Source of the DNA: Candidatus Curtissbacteria bacterium
GTDB taxonomy: Bacteria > Patescibacteriota > Microgenomatia > Curtissbacterales > GWA2-41-24
DNA: 64,000 bases
Reading direction: 5' to 3'
Assembly (NCBI GenBank): GCA_024654445.1
Contig: JANLHP010000017.1
Span: 33,009 to 97,008, forward strand
Shown: one piece after another, positions 19,826 to 28,133 of the stretch
How the letters are laid out: every line of letters begins with the position of its first letter
How positions within the stretch are numbered: position 1 is the stretch's first letter
Made by a program: the position numbers and the translations under genes
Notes under the pieces: generated by a model
What the model was told of the DNA's origin: nothing
What the model saw: only the letters and a program-made list of their open reading frames with translations
Database searches by the model: none

Positions 19826-20944
19826 TCATCTTAAATCTAGTGATTCGGATTTGAATGTAAGATTTTTGGGCAGAATTTGGACTTCGCGCGGGCCCTTTTT
19901 GACATAGCCTGCATTGTAAATTTTTAACTTTTGAGACTTTGCTGCAGTTTCTACTTTATTCAAATCTTTTGGATTTATAAAAATACCGAAGCCTGCTCCC
20001 ATATTAAAATTTCCATACATATCTTTCTCGCTTATTTGACCTTGCTCTTGCATGAACGTGAATTCTTCCTGAGGAGTTGGGATCATTTCGATTACATATG
20101 ATAATTTTTTTGGATGGCGCATAATTTTTCGCCAACCGTGTCCGGTAATGTTGACCATGTAATGAATGTCTACTTTTTGATCGAACAATTCGTCGATAAA
20201 TTTAGCATATATAATCGTTGGTCTTCTTAGGGCTTCGCCAAACATTTTGCCGCTTGGCATAGGTGTTGCTAGACCTTGAGGTAATTTTTTCGCAATTCTT
20301 CTTGCGAGCGTTAAACCGTTGGCGTGAATGCCTGACGATTCCAACAGGATTATTAAATCCCCAGCTCCTAATTTTTCCCCAAGCACAAGTCTTGATTTTG
20401 GTCTGATTACGCCAGTGGCAGCACCTGCAAGTTCGATTGTGTTTTTGTGAACGATATTGGTTAAGGTGGGCGTCTCTCCCCCGCCCCAGGTTGCCCCAGC
20501 CAGATTACAAGCACGCTTCCATCCTAAGAGCAATTCTCGGACTCTTTTTTTATCACTGAACCAGGAAGAATGACCCACCGCAAAATATGCATTAATGACT
20601 TCGGGCTTTGCGCCAACGGTAATTAAATCGTTTACTATCATTGCTACTGTGTCCTGCGAAATTACACTGTAGTAACTCTTACCGGTAATTTTGATCATCT
20701 CATCTTCTACAATATTTTTAGTACCGAGTCCTTCTATAACAAATGCGCGGTAATGATCGCCGCAATCGTAGACATAGGATGATTCTCCTCTTGATTCGGG
20801 TACTTCTTTTTCTTTTAGTCTCAGGAGGTTTTTGGCAGTAGATTTTGCCAGTTTTTGCGCACTCTTTTTGACAGGATCCATTGCTCTATAAGAGACTCCT
20901 GATTTTTCGTAGATGTCTCGCGGTGTCATATTTGTTTTTGCCAT
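19826..20944 (-). CDS. purM: Phosphoribosylformylglycinamidine cyclo-ligase (AIR synthetase), with ~60-aa divergent N-terminal extension
   Basis: EGLGTK, DTVAMIVNDLITVGAKP, GGETPTL, LIILLESSGIHANGLTLARR, ITGHGW, MYGNFNMGAGF collinear with E. coli PurM blocks; TGA stop. Confidence 0.75.
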   Translation of the reverse strand: MAKTNMTPRDIYEKSGVSYRAMDPVKKSAQKLAKSTAKNLLRLKEKEVPESRGESSYVYDCGDHYRAFVIEGLGTKNIVEDEMIKITGKSYYSVISQDTVAMIVNDLITVGAKPEVINAYFAVGHSSWFSDKKRVRELLLGWKRACNLAGATWGGGETPTLTNIVHKNTIELAGAATGVIRPKSRLVLGEKLGAGDLIILLESSGIHANGLTLARRIAKKLPQGLATPMPSGKMFGEALRRPTIIYAKFIDELFDQKVDIHYMVNITGHGWRKIMRHPKKLSYVIEMIPTPQEEFTFMQEQGQISEKDMYGNFNMGAGFGIFINPKDLNKVETAAKSQKLKIYNAGYVKKGPREVQILPKNLTFKSESLDLR

Positions 20945-21030
20945 GATTGTCCGAAATTGCCAAGACTTTTTGATGCGAGTTTATTGGCAAATTCTGCTGA
21001 CCATTTTAACGATTTGTCTTTTAAAATCCC

Positions 21031-21861
21031 CTATAGAAATCCCGCGGCAAACGTATCCCCTGCCCCCGTTGTATCTACGATATTGTTCACTTTATGTCTG
21101 CCCGTTAAGAACTGCTTTTTGTTTGTGGTAATTAAAGCGCCTTTTTTGGAAAGAGTGCAAACTACAATTTTTGGACCAAATTTAAGTAAATAATTGCTTC
21201 CTGCTCTTGGAGGTTTTCCGGTTAATTTTTTAAGTTCATGCTCATTTAAGAAAATAATATCGCTCTTTTTAATAATGGGTTTAATTTTAGTTTTAGCTCT
21301 TTGAATATAAAAGCCGCTAGGATTAAAACTAATCATTGGGCCTTTTACGCTTTCTAAAAAATCTAGGGTTTTATTAATACCTTTTTCTACATCGACAACA
21401 AGTGGCGTAATGTGAACAATCTTTGCTTTGTTGATAAAGTTGTAATCTAAACTTGAAAAAAAGTCTCTTTCGTGTTTATTTTCTTCTGACAAGAATGTTC
21501 TTTGTTTGCCTACTCTTGTTAGGATACAAGGGCACATCGGTGTTTTGCCGGCTCGTAAGATTTTTGTTTTTTCTAGATTGATATTTTTTATCCAATAATC
21601 GCCGTCTTCATCTTTGCCAATTACTCCAAGATATGCGCTTTTAGTTTTTAACGTGTATAGCGCTGATAGTGTATTTGGCGCAATTCCCCCAGGACTTTTG
21701 GTTGTGGGTTTAAGATGTTTTAAGATCTCTTCCCTGGTTATTTTCTTTTCGGAGAAAAGGAAATCGTCTTCGGGGTTTAAGTTGATGCTTTTTAAAAAGT
21801 CGTTATTTGTTTCGAAAAAATAATCGGTGTAGGCAGATCCGATTCCAACTATGTCTGCCAT
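21031..21861 (-). CDS. PfkB-family carbohydrate/nucleoside kinase (ribokinase/adenosine kinase-like); ORF ends at in-frame TAG 21031-21033 immediately after DTTGAGDTFAAGFL; homologous C-terminal helix continues in frame to 20926
   Basis: Gly-rich N-terminus, anion-hole motif DTTGAGD; readthrough frame encodes GILKDKSLKWSAEFANKLASKSLGNFGQS matching the conserved PfkB C-terminus (..EAIRFAxAAAAxxVxxxGAQ). Confidence 0.7.
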   Translation of the reverse strand: MADIVGIGSAYTDYFFETNNDFLKSINLNPEDDFLFSEKKITREEILKHLKPTTKSPGGIAPNTLSALYTLKTKSAYLGVIGKDEDGDYWIKNINLEKTKILRAGKTPMCPCILTRVGKQRTFLSEENKHERDFFSSLDYNFINKAKIVHITPLVVDVEKGINKTLDFLESVKGPMISFNPSGFYIQRAKTKIKPIIKKSDIIFLNEHELKKLTGKPPRAGSNYLLKFGPKIVVCTLSKKGALITTNKKQFLTGRHKVNNIVDTTGAGDTFAAGFL

Positions 21862-21882
21862 ATTTTTTTGGGGGCAGGAGAA

Positions 21883-22254
21883 CTAATCACTACTATTAGT
21901 TGTGAAAGCATATGCTATGACATTTGAGTGGCTAACTCTTACCATTAAGTCTGGGTTGTCTCTATGATGAATAACGACCATTTCCTCTCCTGTTACTACT
22001 ACTCTGTCGGGCTCAACATATTCCCAATTTGCAAAAGTTTTGTCGGGCGATTTAACAACAACAAGATGATCAAAGTAGCCACCAAAAAGTATGCCGACTT
22101 TGCGGTCTATTTGGTTACAAATAACTGTGATTTCTGCAGGGGAAAATATGTCTAGTACTTTTATCTCGCCTCTGTTCAAAGTGAAATCTCTTTCAGCTCT
22201 GTTTTGACCGATGAGTCTGTCTACTTCTACAGGGGCCATATTAATTTTTAACAA
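21883..22254 (-). CDS. Hypothetical protein (123 aa)
   Basis: Intact ORF, co-directional, tight spacing; no recognisable motif. Confidence 0.4.
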   Translation of the reverse strand: MLKINMAPVEVDRLIGQNRAERDFTLNRGEIKVLDIFSPAEITVICNQIDRKVGILFGGYFDHLVVVKSPDKTFANWEYVEPDRVVVTGEEMVVIHHRDNPDLMVRVSHSNVIAYAFTTNSSD

Positions 22255-22284
22255 AAGGTAGACTTATCTGTCAATAGAGGGAAA

Positions 22285-22485
22285 CTACTTTTCGTCTTTA
22301 AGGTAGAGGCCGAGGACGCCGAGGACCCCCGCGACGAGGAAGAGCTGAGTTGGCGCAAGAGACGTGAAATCGTTTTGGGTTACCGCTTCATACGCCGCCA
22401 CCATTATGACAACAACTGTTGCCGCGATTAAAAATTGCGACAGCGGATTATTTTTAGACCTCTTTGGAAGTAGCTTTTTTGCCAT
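22285..22485 (-). CDS. Small single-pass/2-TM membrane protein (66 aa)
   Basis: Basic N-terminus then hydrophobic helices; weak. Confidence 0.3.
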   Translation of the reverse strand: MAKKLLPKRSKNNPLSQFLIAATVVVIMVAAYEAVTQNDFTSLAPTQLFLVAGVLGVLGLYLKDEK

Positions 22486-22561
22486 ACAACATTATAATTG
22501 CATCTTTTTGCTTCTTAGTCAATCGGTTTGAGTAAATAGTCTAAATTTGGTAAAATACGTA

Positions 22562-23062
22562 GACTTTTGGGAAGAAGGGCGATTAGGTTTGGAAGAGGGG
22601 CAAGCCCCCCTTCCAGCTTTCCCCCACTCGGGGACGGCTGGTCGATAATTTTTTATAATTCCAGATCAGGAAAGTCCGGACAGCAGGAATCAAGGAACGG
22701 ATTTTTGATCCGACGCGTAAGCGCTAGTTTCTTGAGTACCGAAAGGGAAAAAGGACGGGTCCTGAATTGACAGGATTCGAGAGCCACAGTGACGAAAAGA
22801 TCCTAAGTCGTAAGATATGGATTGAAAGTGAAACGGTCTCCTTCGTTCTGCTTTTGCAGAACTTCGGCGGACTAAAGGCAATCCTTCTTGCTGCAACTCA
22901 GAATTGAGCCGCAATTACCATGATTCCGGGAGGCTCTAAGTAGAGGCATTCTGCATAAAGCAGAACGGAGTGACATTTACATCACTTCGAGACAGATGAT
23001 CGCACAAACCCCACGTCGCTAAAGCTATGAGGGGTGAAACAGAATCCGGCTTACTCTCTTCC
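22562..23062 (+). ncRNA. rnpB: RNase P RNA (bacterial type A), ~500 nt with insertions
   Basis: P4 5' strand AGGAAAGUCCGGAC at 22667-22680 and P4 3' strand ACAGAAUCCGGCUUA at 23038-23053; P1/P2 pairing CUUUUGGGAAGAAG (22564-77) with CUCUUCCCAAAAG (23049-61); overlapping ORFs 22567..22770(+) and 22690..22914(-) are spurious. Confidence 0.8.
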
Positions 23063-23068
23063 CAAAAG

Positions 23069-24097
23069 TTAAACTTCTTGAAGTTCTTCTTCCAGTTTTC
23101 TGTCTTCGACTAAAAACTCTTTAAAAATAATTCTTCCAGCGACAAGCAGCGGGATTGCTAGAAATGCTCCCCCGACTCCTGCTAATTTTGCCCCAATCAA
23201 AAGCGCGATTATAACAACAGTCGGCTGAAGACCTACGGCTCTGGACATAACCATTGGTACGATAAGATGATTTTCCAGCTGTTGAACCACCAGGAAAAGC
23301 GCGGCAACGCCAAGACCGACGACTGGAGAAATTGTGAGACCAACTAAGATTGCAGGAACGGCTGCAATAATTGGACCAATAATTGGGATTATTTCCAAAA
23401 TTCCGGTAACGAGCGCAAGGGGCAGCGCGTATGGAATCCCCAGAACCCTCAAGCCAATATAAGTTATTACTCCGACAATTATGGAAAGAGTTAATTGTCC
23501 CCTAACCCATTTACCTAAGCCGCCTTCAACTTTTGCGATTACGTCTTTTACTTTCTTTTCTTGTCTACCGGAAAACGGGGAAGCGATAAGTCTGACGACG
23601 CTTTTCCACTCCAAGAGAAGGTAGAAGGTAAACACAAGGAAAGTTACTATTAAAAATATGCTAGAAAGTATTGCGCTCGAGATTGCGATTAAATTGCCGC
23701 CTATGGCACGAGCTTGAGATGCAACTACGCTGGAAACATTTTCTACCGGTATTTTGTTAAATATAAGGAAGTCATTGATTGTGCCAGTTATTTGTGGAAG
23801 CTTTGTAACGAATTCTGTCGTTTGAGATATTAATGGTGGGAAGATAATTCCGATTGCAAAAGAAATCAATGCAATAAGTATTACGTAAACGATTAATACA
23901 GAAAGGGCTCTCGGGACCCTTCTTTGTGTCAGGTATTCAACCGGGCCAAGAAGAGCAGAGAGAAGAATCAATGATATAAAGATGAGGATAATTATTTCTC
24001 TTATTTGGACAAGAAACCAAAGTCCGATTAATAAACTTACGGCGAAAATTATTGTTTTATACGAAATCTCGACTCTAACGGTTCTGTCGTCTTTCAT
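23069..24097 (-). CDS. AI-2E family transporter (PerM/YhhT, UPF0118)
   Basis: 8 TM helices; conserved GLxxxxPxLxA-like C-terminal region; 342 aa. Confidence 0.7.
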   Translation of the reverse strand: MKDDRTVRVEISYKTIIFAVSLLIGLWFLVQIREIIILIFISLILLSALLGPVEYLTQRRVPRALSVLIVYVILIALISFAIGIIFPPLISQTTEFVTKLPQITGTINDFLIFNKIPVENVSSVVASQARAIGGNLIAISSAILSSIFLIVTFLVFTFYLLLEWKSVVRLIASPFSGRQEKKVKDVIAKVEGGLGKWVRGQLTLSIIVGVITYIGLRVLGIPYALPLALVTGILEIIPIIGPIIAAVPAILVGLTISPVVGLGVAALFLVVQQLENHLIVPMVMSRAVGLQPTVVIIALLIGAKLAGVGGAFLAIPLLVAGRIIFKEFLVEDRKLEEELQEV

Positions 24098-25114
24098 CTA
24101 TTTGAAGTATATATCAGCTTTGTGTGTGATCGCAATTTTTTCATCTAGCTTATTTTCCCAACCTTTTTGACTGATATCGAAGAGTTCGATTGATTTAAAC
24201 TTATTAAACCAGGTTTTTTGTCGGCGGATAAGGCGGTGTAGGTCTCCTTTTGCAAGGTCGACTGATTCTTCTTTCGACGTTTTCCCTAAAATATAGTCTG
24301 CAAGACGCCTGTATTCCAAACCAAGCGAGTTAATCCATTCAGGGCTAATCCCGCCTTTTATTAGACTTTGAATTTCTTCAATCATTCCATGCTCAAGACG
24401 AGCCTTGAAGGATGCGTCGGCTCTTTTAAAAAGAAAATTATTAGGCGCGGTGAGACCGATGATGAGCACTTTTTCTGTCATCCTGGAGCGTAGTGGAACG
24501 GAGCGATGGGATCTAGATTCTATCGTGGTCGATGCCACTCCAGAATGACGACTTTTGCTTGGCGTCTCTATGGATACCTCTATAGCGCGGATGAGCCGGC
24601 GTGGATTTTTTCTGTCGGATTCGTTCATGGACTTTGCCTTTTGAGGATTTAGTTTTCCTAACTTTAGATAAAGCTCCTGCCTTGATAACTTTTCCAGTTT
24701 TGCGCGTAGTTTTTGGTCAGCTTTTATTCCTAGCGTGTCCATACCGTCCACAAGTGCTTTGATATAAAAACCTGTTCCCCCAACAACAATTGGCATTTTT
24801 TTCAGTTCAGTGATCTGAATTACTGAACTATTGGCGAATTTTAAAAAGTCTGCGACCGTGAATTGTTTGCCAGGTTCTATTAGATCGAAACCGCGGATTT
24901 TTACTCCGTCAACGATCCAATAACCGTTGTGTTTTTCAACCTTAGATTTAAAGCTTACTTTACCGGTTCCGATATCTAGACCTTTATAAACCTGTCGGGA
25001 GTCGGCAGAGATTAATTCACCGTTTGCACATTTGGCTAGTTTTATTCCAAGATCAGTTTTGCCGGTTGCCGTCGGACCATATAGTACCAACATCGTAGAT
25101 TTGCCAGTTTTCAT
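24098..25114 (-). CDS. miaA: tRNA dimethylallyltransferase; carries an in-frame 74-nt insertion of the R2 palindromic repeat
   Basis: P-loop GPTATGKT, SADSRQVYKGLDIGTGK; repeat at 24477-24550 translated as RHSGVASTTIESRSHRSVPLRSRMT between RAIEVSIETPSKS and EKVLIIGLTAPNN. Confidence 0.85.
   Translation of the reverse strand: MKTGKSTMLVLYGPTATGKTDLGIKLAKCANGELISADSRQVYKGLDIGTGKVSFKSKVEKHNGYWIVDGVKIRGFDLIEPGKQFTVADFLKFANSSVIQITELKKMPIVVGGTGFYIKALVDGMDTLGIKADQKLRAKLEKLSRQELYLKLGKLNPQKAKSMNESDRKNPRRLIRAIEVSIETPSKSRHSGVASTTIESRSHRSVPLRSRMTEKVLIIGLTAPNNFLFKRADASFKARLEHGMIEEIQSLIKGGISPEWINSLGLEYRRLADYILGKTSKEESVDLAKGDLHRLIRRQKTWFNKFKSIELFDISQKGWENKLDEKIAITHKADIYFK
24477..24550. repeat. R2 palindromic repeat, copy C (inverted relative to A/B), inside the miaA CDS in frame
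   Basis: gtcatcctggagcg...tagattctatcg...ctccagaatgacg. Confidence 0.8.
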
Positions 25115-26696
25115 CTAAATGAATTTGTGGGTACTTTTTAAAATAGCTTTCATTAATACTAAAGAATGTTTTTTCATGAGGACCAATTGTAACGTATTTT
25201 ATCTTGTATTTTGAAATTAATTTTTCCGCTTCCTCTCCCCCAAGATATATTGTTCTGATGTCTTGTGCCCTTTCTTGGTAAGGCAATCCGTGGGTCCAGG
25301 CCCATCCGTGAAAGCCCAATAGTGTGGTGCGGCCACTTAACGCTGGAATTGGGTGATTGTGGACGGGAGCGGTTACAAAGATTGCATCTTTGTCTGTCAG
25401 ATTTTTAGTTAAAGATGCAATTTCTAAATCATTGTTCGAAAAAATTTGGTAACTGCTTACGGGAGTAAAGGTGCGGAAGATATCTATTGACCCCGCCAGT
25501 ATTGTGAATATAACGATAATAGCTCCAAGTATTTTTCTGTTAACATTTTCTGAAAAGAAATTTTCGTGCAAGAAGAGTGCGACGACGATGCATGATGCGA
25601 AAAACCAATAGAGCATTATCTTGCTGTTATCAAATTCCCAGGGCTGGAATATAAAAATGTTAGATAAGAAAAATATAAATAGAAATGGTAGATAAAGCAA
25701 AAATAGGTTTTTGTACTTTTTATAAAGCCATATAAGAGACCATATTAGAAGTGGCGCAAAAAGTCCTAAATTTTTAAGCCAAAACCAGATTATATTCTCT
25801 GCGCTCGTCCAACCGGGGTCTATTCTTATAAACTTTAGGGCATTACTGCTTTGGGAAATTGACGAGAAGAGTACAAATGACAGAATTGCTGATACAACTG
25901 CGAAGGTTGCCCAGCTTTGAATAAGTTTAGATTTCTTCTTCGCTGTCAAAATGGAGGCCGGCGCAAAGAAAAGCGAAAGGAGAAAAATTACGAAAAGACT
26001 GTGGGCCTGAACTATTGGTAAAGCTCCTGTTATTAAACCCGCTTGAGCAAAGGGTATGAGTTTAACTTTTTTATGTCCTTTAAAAAGCAACAGTAAAACA
26101 ACTAGAGTCATTGGAAATGCAATTAAGAATCCTCTTTGTGGAAGAAAGTAGGCTAGCGTAGTGTTTATAAACCAGTATCCACTTTCTTTAATATCGGTGT
26201 ATTCACCCGGTAAATTGCTTAAAAATTGGAGCGGTAACTGGGCAGATTTTAAGAAATCCGAAAAGAAATAGTAAAAACCGAATCCGCCGTTAACCAAGAA
26301 AAGAAGCAACGTTAAAAATACGGTACCTTCACTTTTGGTGAATTTATTAATAAAAAGTCGTGAGGTGAAGATTAAAACGATACCTGCTGTGAAAGTTGTT
26401 ATAAAAAGTGCAAAGTCTATACTTGATATTTGTGCGATTTTGCTCGTTATAAGATCTGCAAAAATGGGATAGTTAGGTTTCGTGCTTGCAAAAATAGGGC
26501 TTGATATTGTCAGGCTATTCGTCTCTAGGAATCTATTAATAAGGCCAAGATGAAAAACTAAATCGCCGTAAAGGTTAACCTGACCTACATACCAACCATC
26601 GCTTCTTATTTGGAGCATCTGTCTTGCCAGGTGAAAAAACAGAAATCCAAAGAAAATAAATGTGAATGCTGGGAAAATCTGAATCGATTTTCGCAT
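25053..26696 (-). CDS. Large polytopic membrane protein, putative GT-C-type glycosyltransferase with C-terminal periplasmic domain
   Basis: 547 aa, >12 TM helices, soluble C-terminal domain; family not firmly assigned; start overlaps miaA end. Confidence 0.4.
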   Translation of the reverse strand: MRKSIQIFPAFTFIFFGFLFFHLARQMLQIRSDGWYVGQVNLYGDLVFHLGLINRFLETNSLTISSPIFASTKPNYPIFADLITSKIAQISSIDFALFITTFTAGIVLIFTSRLFINKFTKSEGTVFLTLLLFLVNGGFGFYYFFSDFLKSAQLPLQFLSNLPGEYTDIKESGYWFINTTLAYFLPQRGFLIAFPMTLVVLLLLFKGHKKVKLIPFAQAGLITGALPIVQAHSLFVIFLLSLFFAPASILTAKKKSKLIQSWATFAVVSAILSFVLFSSISQSSNALKFIRIDPGWTSAENIIWFWLKNLGLFAPLLIWSLIWLYKKYKNLFLLYLPFLFIFFLSNIFIFQPWEFDNSKIMLYWFFASCIVVALFLHENFFSENVNRKILGAIIVIFTILAGSIDIFRTFTPVSSYQIFSNNDLEIASLTKNLTDKDAIFVTAPVHNHPIPALSGRTTLLGFHGWAWTHGLPYQERAQDIRTIYLGGEEAEKLISKYKIKYVTIGPHEKTFFSINESYFKKYPQIHLDENWQIYDVGTIWSDGNRQN

Positions 26697-28030
26697 ACCA
26701 CATATTATATACTCGAAAGATGAACAAAACTTTTCTCTACGTCTTGATTTTCTTAACCTTAGTTTCCTTTGTAATTCGTATCTACCGATTTACATCTCCA
26801 GGCAAATATTACTTCGACGAGGTGTACCACGTTGTAACAGCAAAGGCATATTCTCAAAATAACCCGGCTGCTTATGATCCGTTTGCACCACCACCCGAAC
26901 AAGGCACTGCTTACGATTGGCTTCATCCTCCTTTGGCTAAATTAATACAAGCCGGGTCTATTAAGGTTTTGGGTGATAATCCTGTGGGCTGGAGACTTCC
27001 AAGTGTAATTTTTGGGACAGCAATTATCCCGCTAACTTTTATCTTGGCCACCCTGCTTTTTGGGCCCCTGGTCGGACTTTTTGCAGCTGCTGTGATTTCG
27101 TTTGAAAATTTAACTTTTGTGATGTCGAGAATTACGATGAACGATGTTTTTGTGGTGGTCTTTATCTTGTTGTCTTTAATATTCGCTGCATTCTACGCAA
27201 AGGCAAGTAAGTCGATGCATATAATTTTAAGCAGCATATTTTTGGGACTGGCAATTTCTTCAAAGTGGTCGGGTGTTTACGCCATTCCTTTAGTTTTTGG
27301 ATATTTGTCTTACATTTCTTTCAAGAAAAGGCGGTGGGACACAAAACTTCTTTTAACGCTACTTTTGCCCCCTCTTATATATCTTTTAAGTTATGGACAG
27401 TTCTGGTTGCAAGGGCATTCGGTCCGCCAGTTTATCGATCTTCATAAGCAAATCTTGTGGTATCAGAACCGCCACGATTTAGTTCATTCTTATGGTACTA
27501 CCCCAATTTACTGCGTACCGGAAGGTCTTGGTGGTCAGAAGAGTTTATGCCCTTGGGTTTTTGATGCCCGCGGGGTTTATTTCTCTTACCATGAACAAGG
27601 CGGAAAAGCCGAATACATCTATGCGCTCGGAAATCCCTTAATTTTTTGGGCCGGGTTCGTTGCTTCTTTCTTTTTAATCGGAAGGTTGGTTGAAAAGAGG
27701 GATAAGCAAAGCTTTTCTGTGAATAAGCAAAGCTTTGCTTCGAAAAAAAAGCTCGCCCTTGTACTTGCTGCTTACTTTATTTTTTGGGTGCCCTGGATAT
27801 TTAGCCCAAGAATAATGTTTTTGTATCACTACCTTCCAGCAATTCCATTTCTTTCAATCGCTCTTGGGATAGTTCTTTCTGATATTTATAAAACACGTCG
27901 AAGTTATATTGCCGTATTTGCGTTAGTTGCATTTGCTTTGGTTTTCTTCTATCTATACCCAATTTCCTCAGGATATCCAATCGAGATCAAATCGATTGGT
28001 AGGTATATGTGGTTTGATAGCTGGCGATAG
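26666..28030 (+). CDS. Glycosyltransferase family 39 (PMT-like, phospholipid-carrier-dependent)
   Basis: N-terminal YFDEVYHVVTAKAY...DPF...HPPLAKL loop motif typical of GT39; 454 aa polytopic; TAG stop. Confidence 0.6.
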   Translation: MLGKSESIFAYHILYTRKMNKTFLYVLIFLTLVSFVIRIYRFTSPGKYYFDEVYHVVTAKAYSQNNPAAYDPFAPPPEQGTAYDWLHPPLAKLIQAGSIKVLGDNPVGWRLPSVIFGTAIIPLTFILATLLFGPLVGLFAAAVISFENLTFVMSRITMNDVFVVVFILLSLIFAAFYAKASKSMHIILSSIFLGLAISSKWSGVYAIPLVFGYLSYISFKKRRWDTKLLLTLLLPPLIYLLSYGQFWLQGHSVRQFIDLHKQILWYQNRHDLVHSYGTTPIYCVPEGLGGQKSLCPWVFDARGVYFSYHEQGGKAEYIYALGNPLIFWAGFVASFFLIGRLVEKRDKQSFSVNKQSFASKKKLALVLAAYFIFWVPWIFSPRIMFLYHYLPAIPFLSIALGIVLSDIYKTRRSYIAVFALVAFALVFFYLYPISSGYPIEIKSIGRYMWFDSWR

Positions 28031-28033
28031 ATA

Positions 28034-28129
28034 TTTAAGGAGACAACCTACGGTTTTCTCCTTAATATTCCTCTTTCCCTAAGAGGACAATTTTGAACTA
28101 GCAAAAGCTAGATTCAAAATTAATTTTAG
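28034..28129. repeat. Intergenic structured repeat family R1, copy 1 (between convergent gene ends)
   Basis: tttaaggagacaacctacggttttctccttaatattcctctttccctaagaggacaattttgaactagcaaaagctagattcaaaattaattttag; 6 copies in window. Confidence 0.85.
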
Positions 28130-28133
28130 GTGC

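Noticed and set aside
22567-22914. ORFs 22567..22770(+) and 22690..22914(-)
   Set aside because: Both fall inside the RNase P RNA gene.
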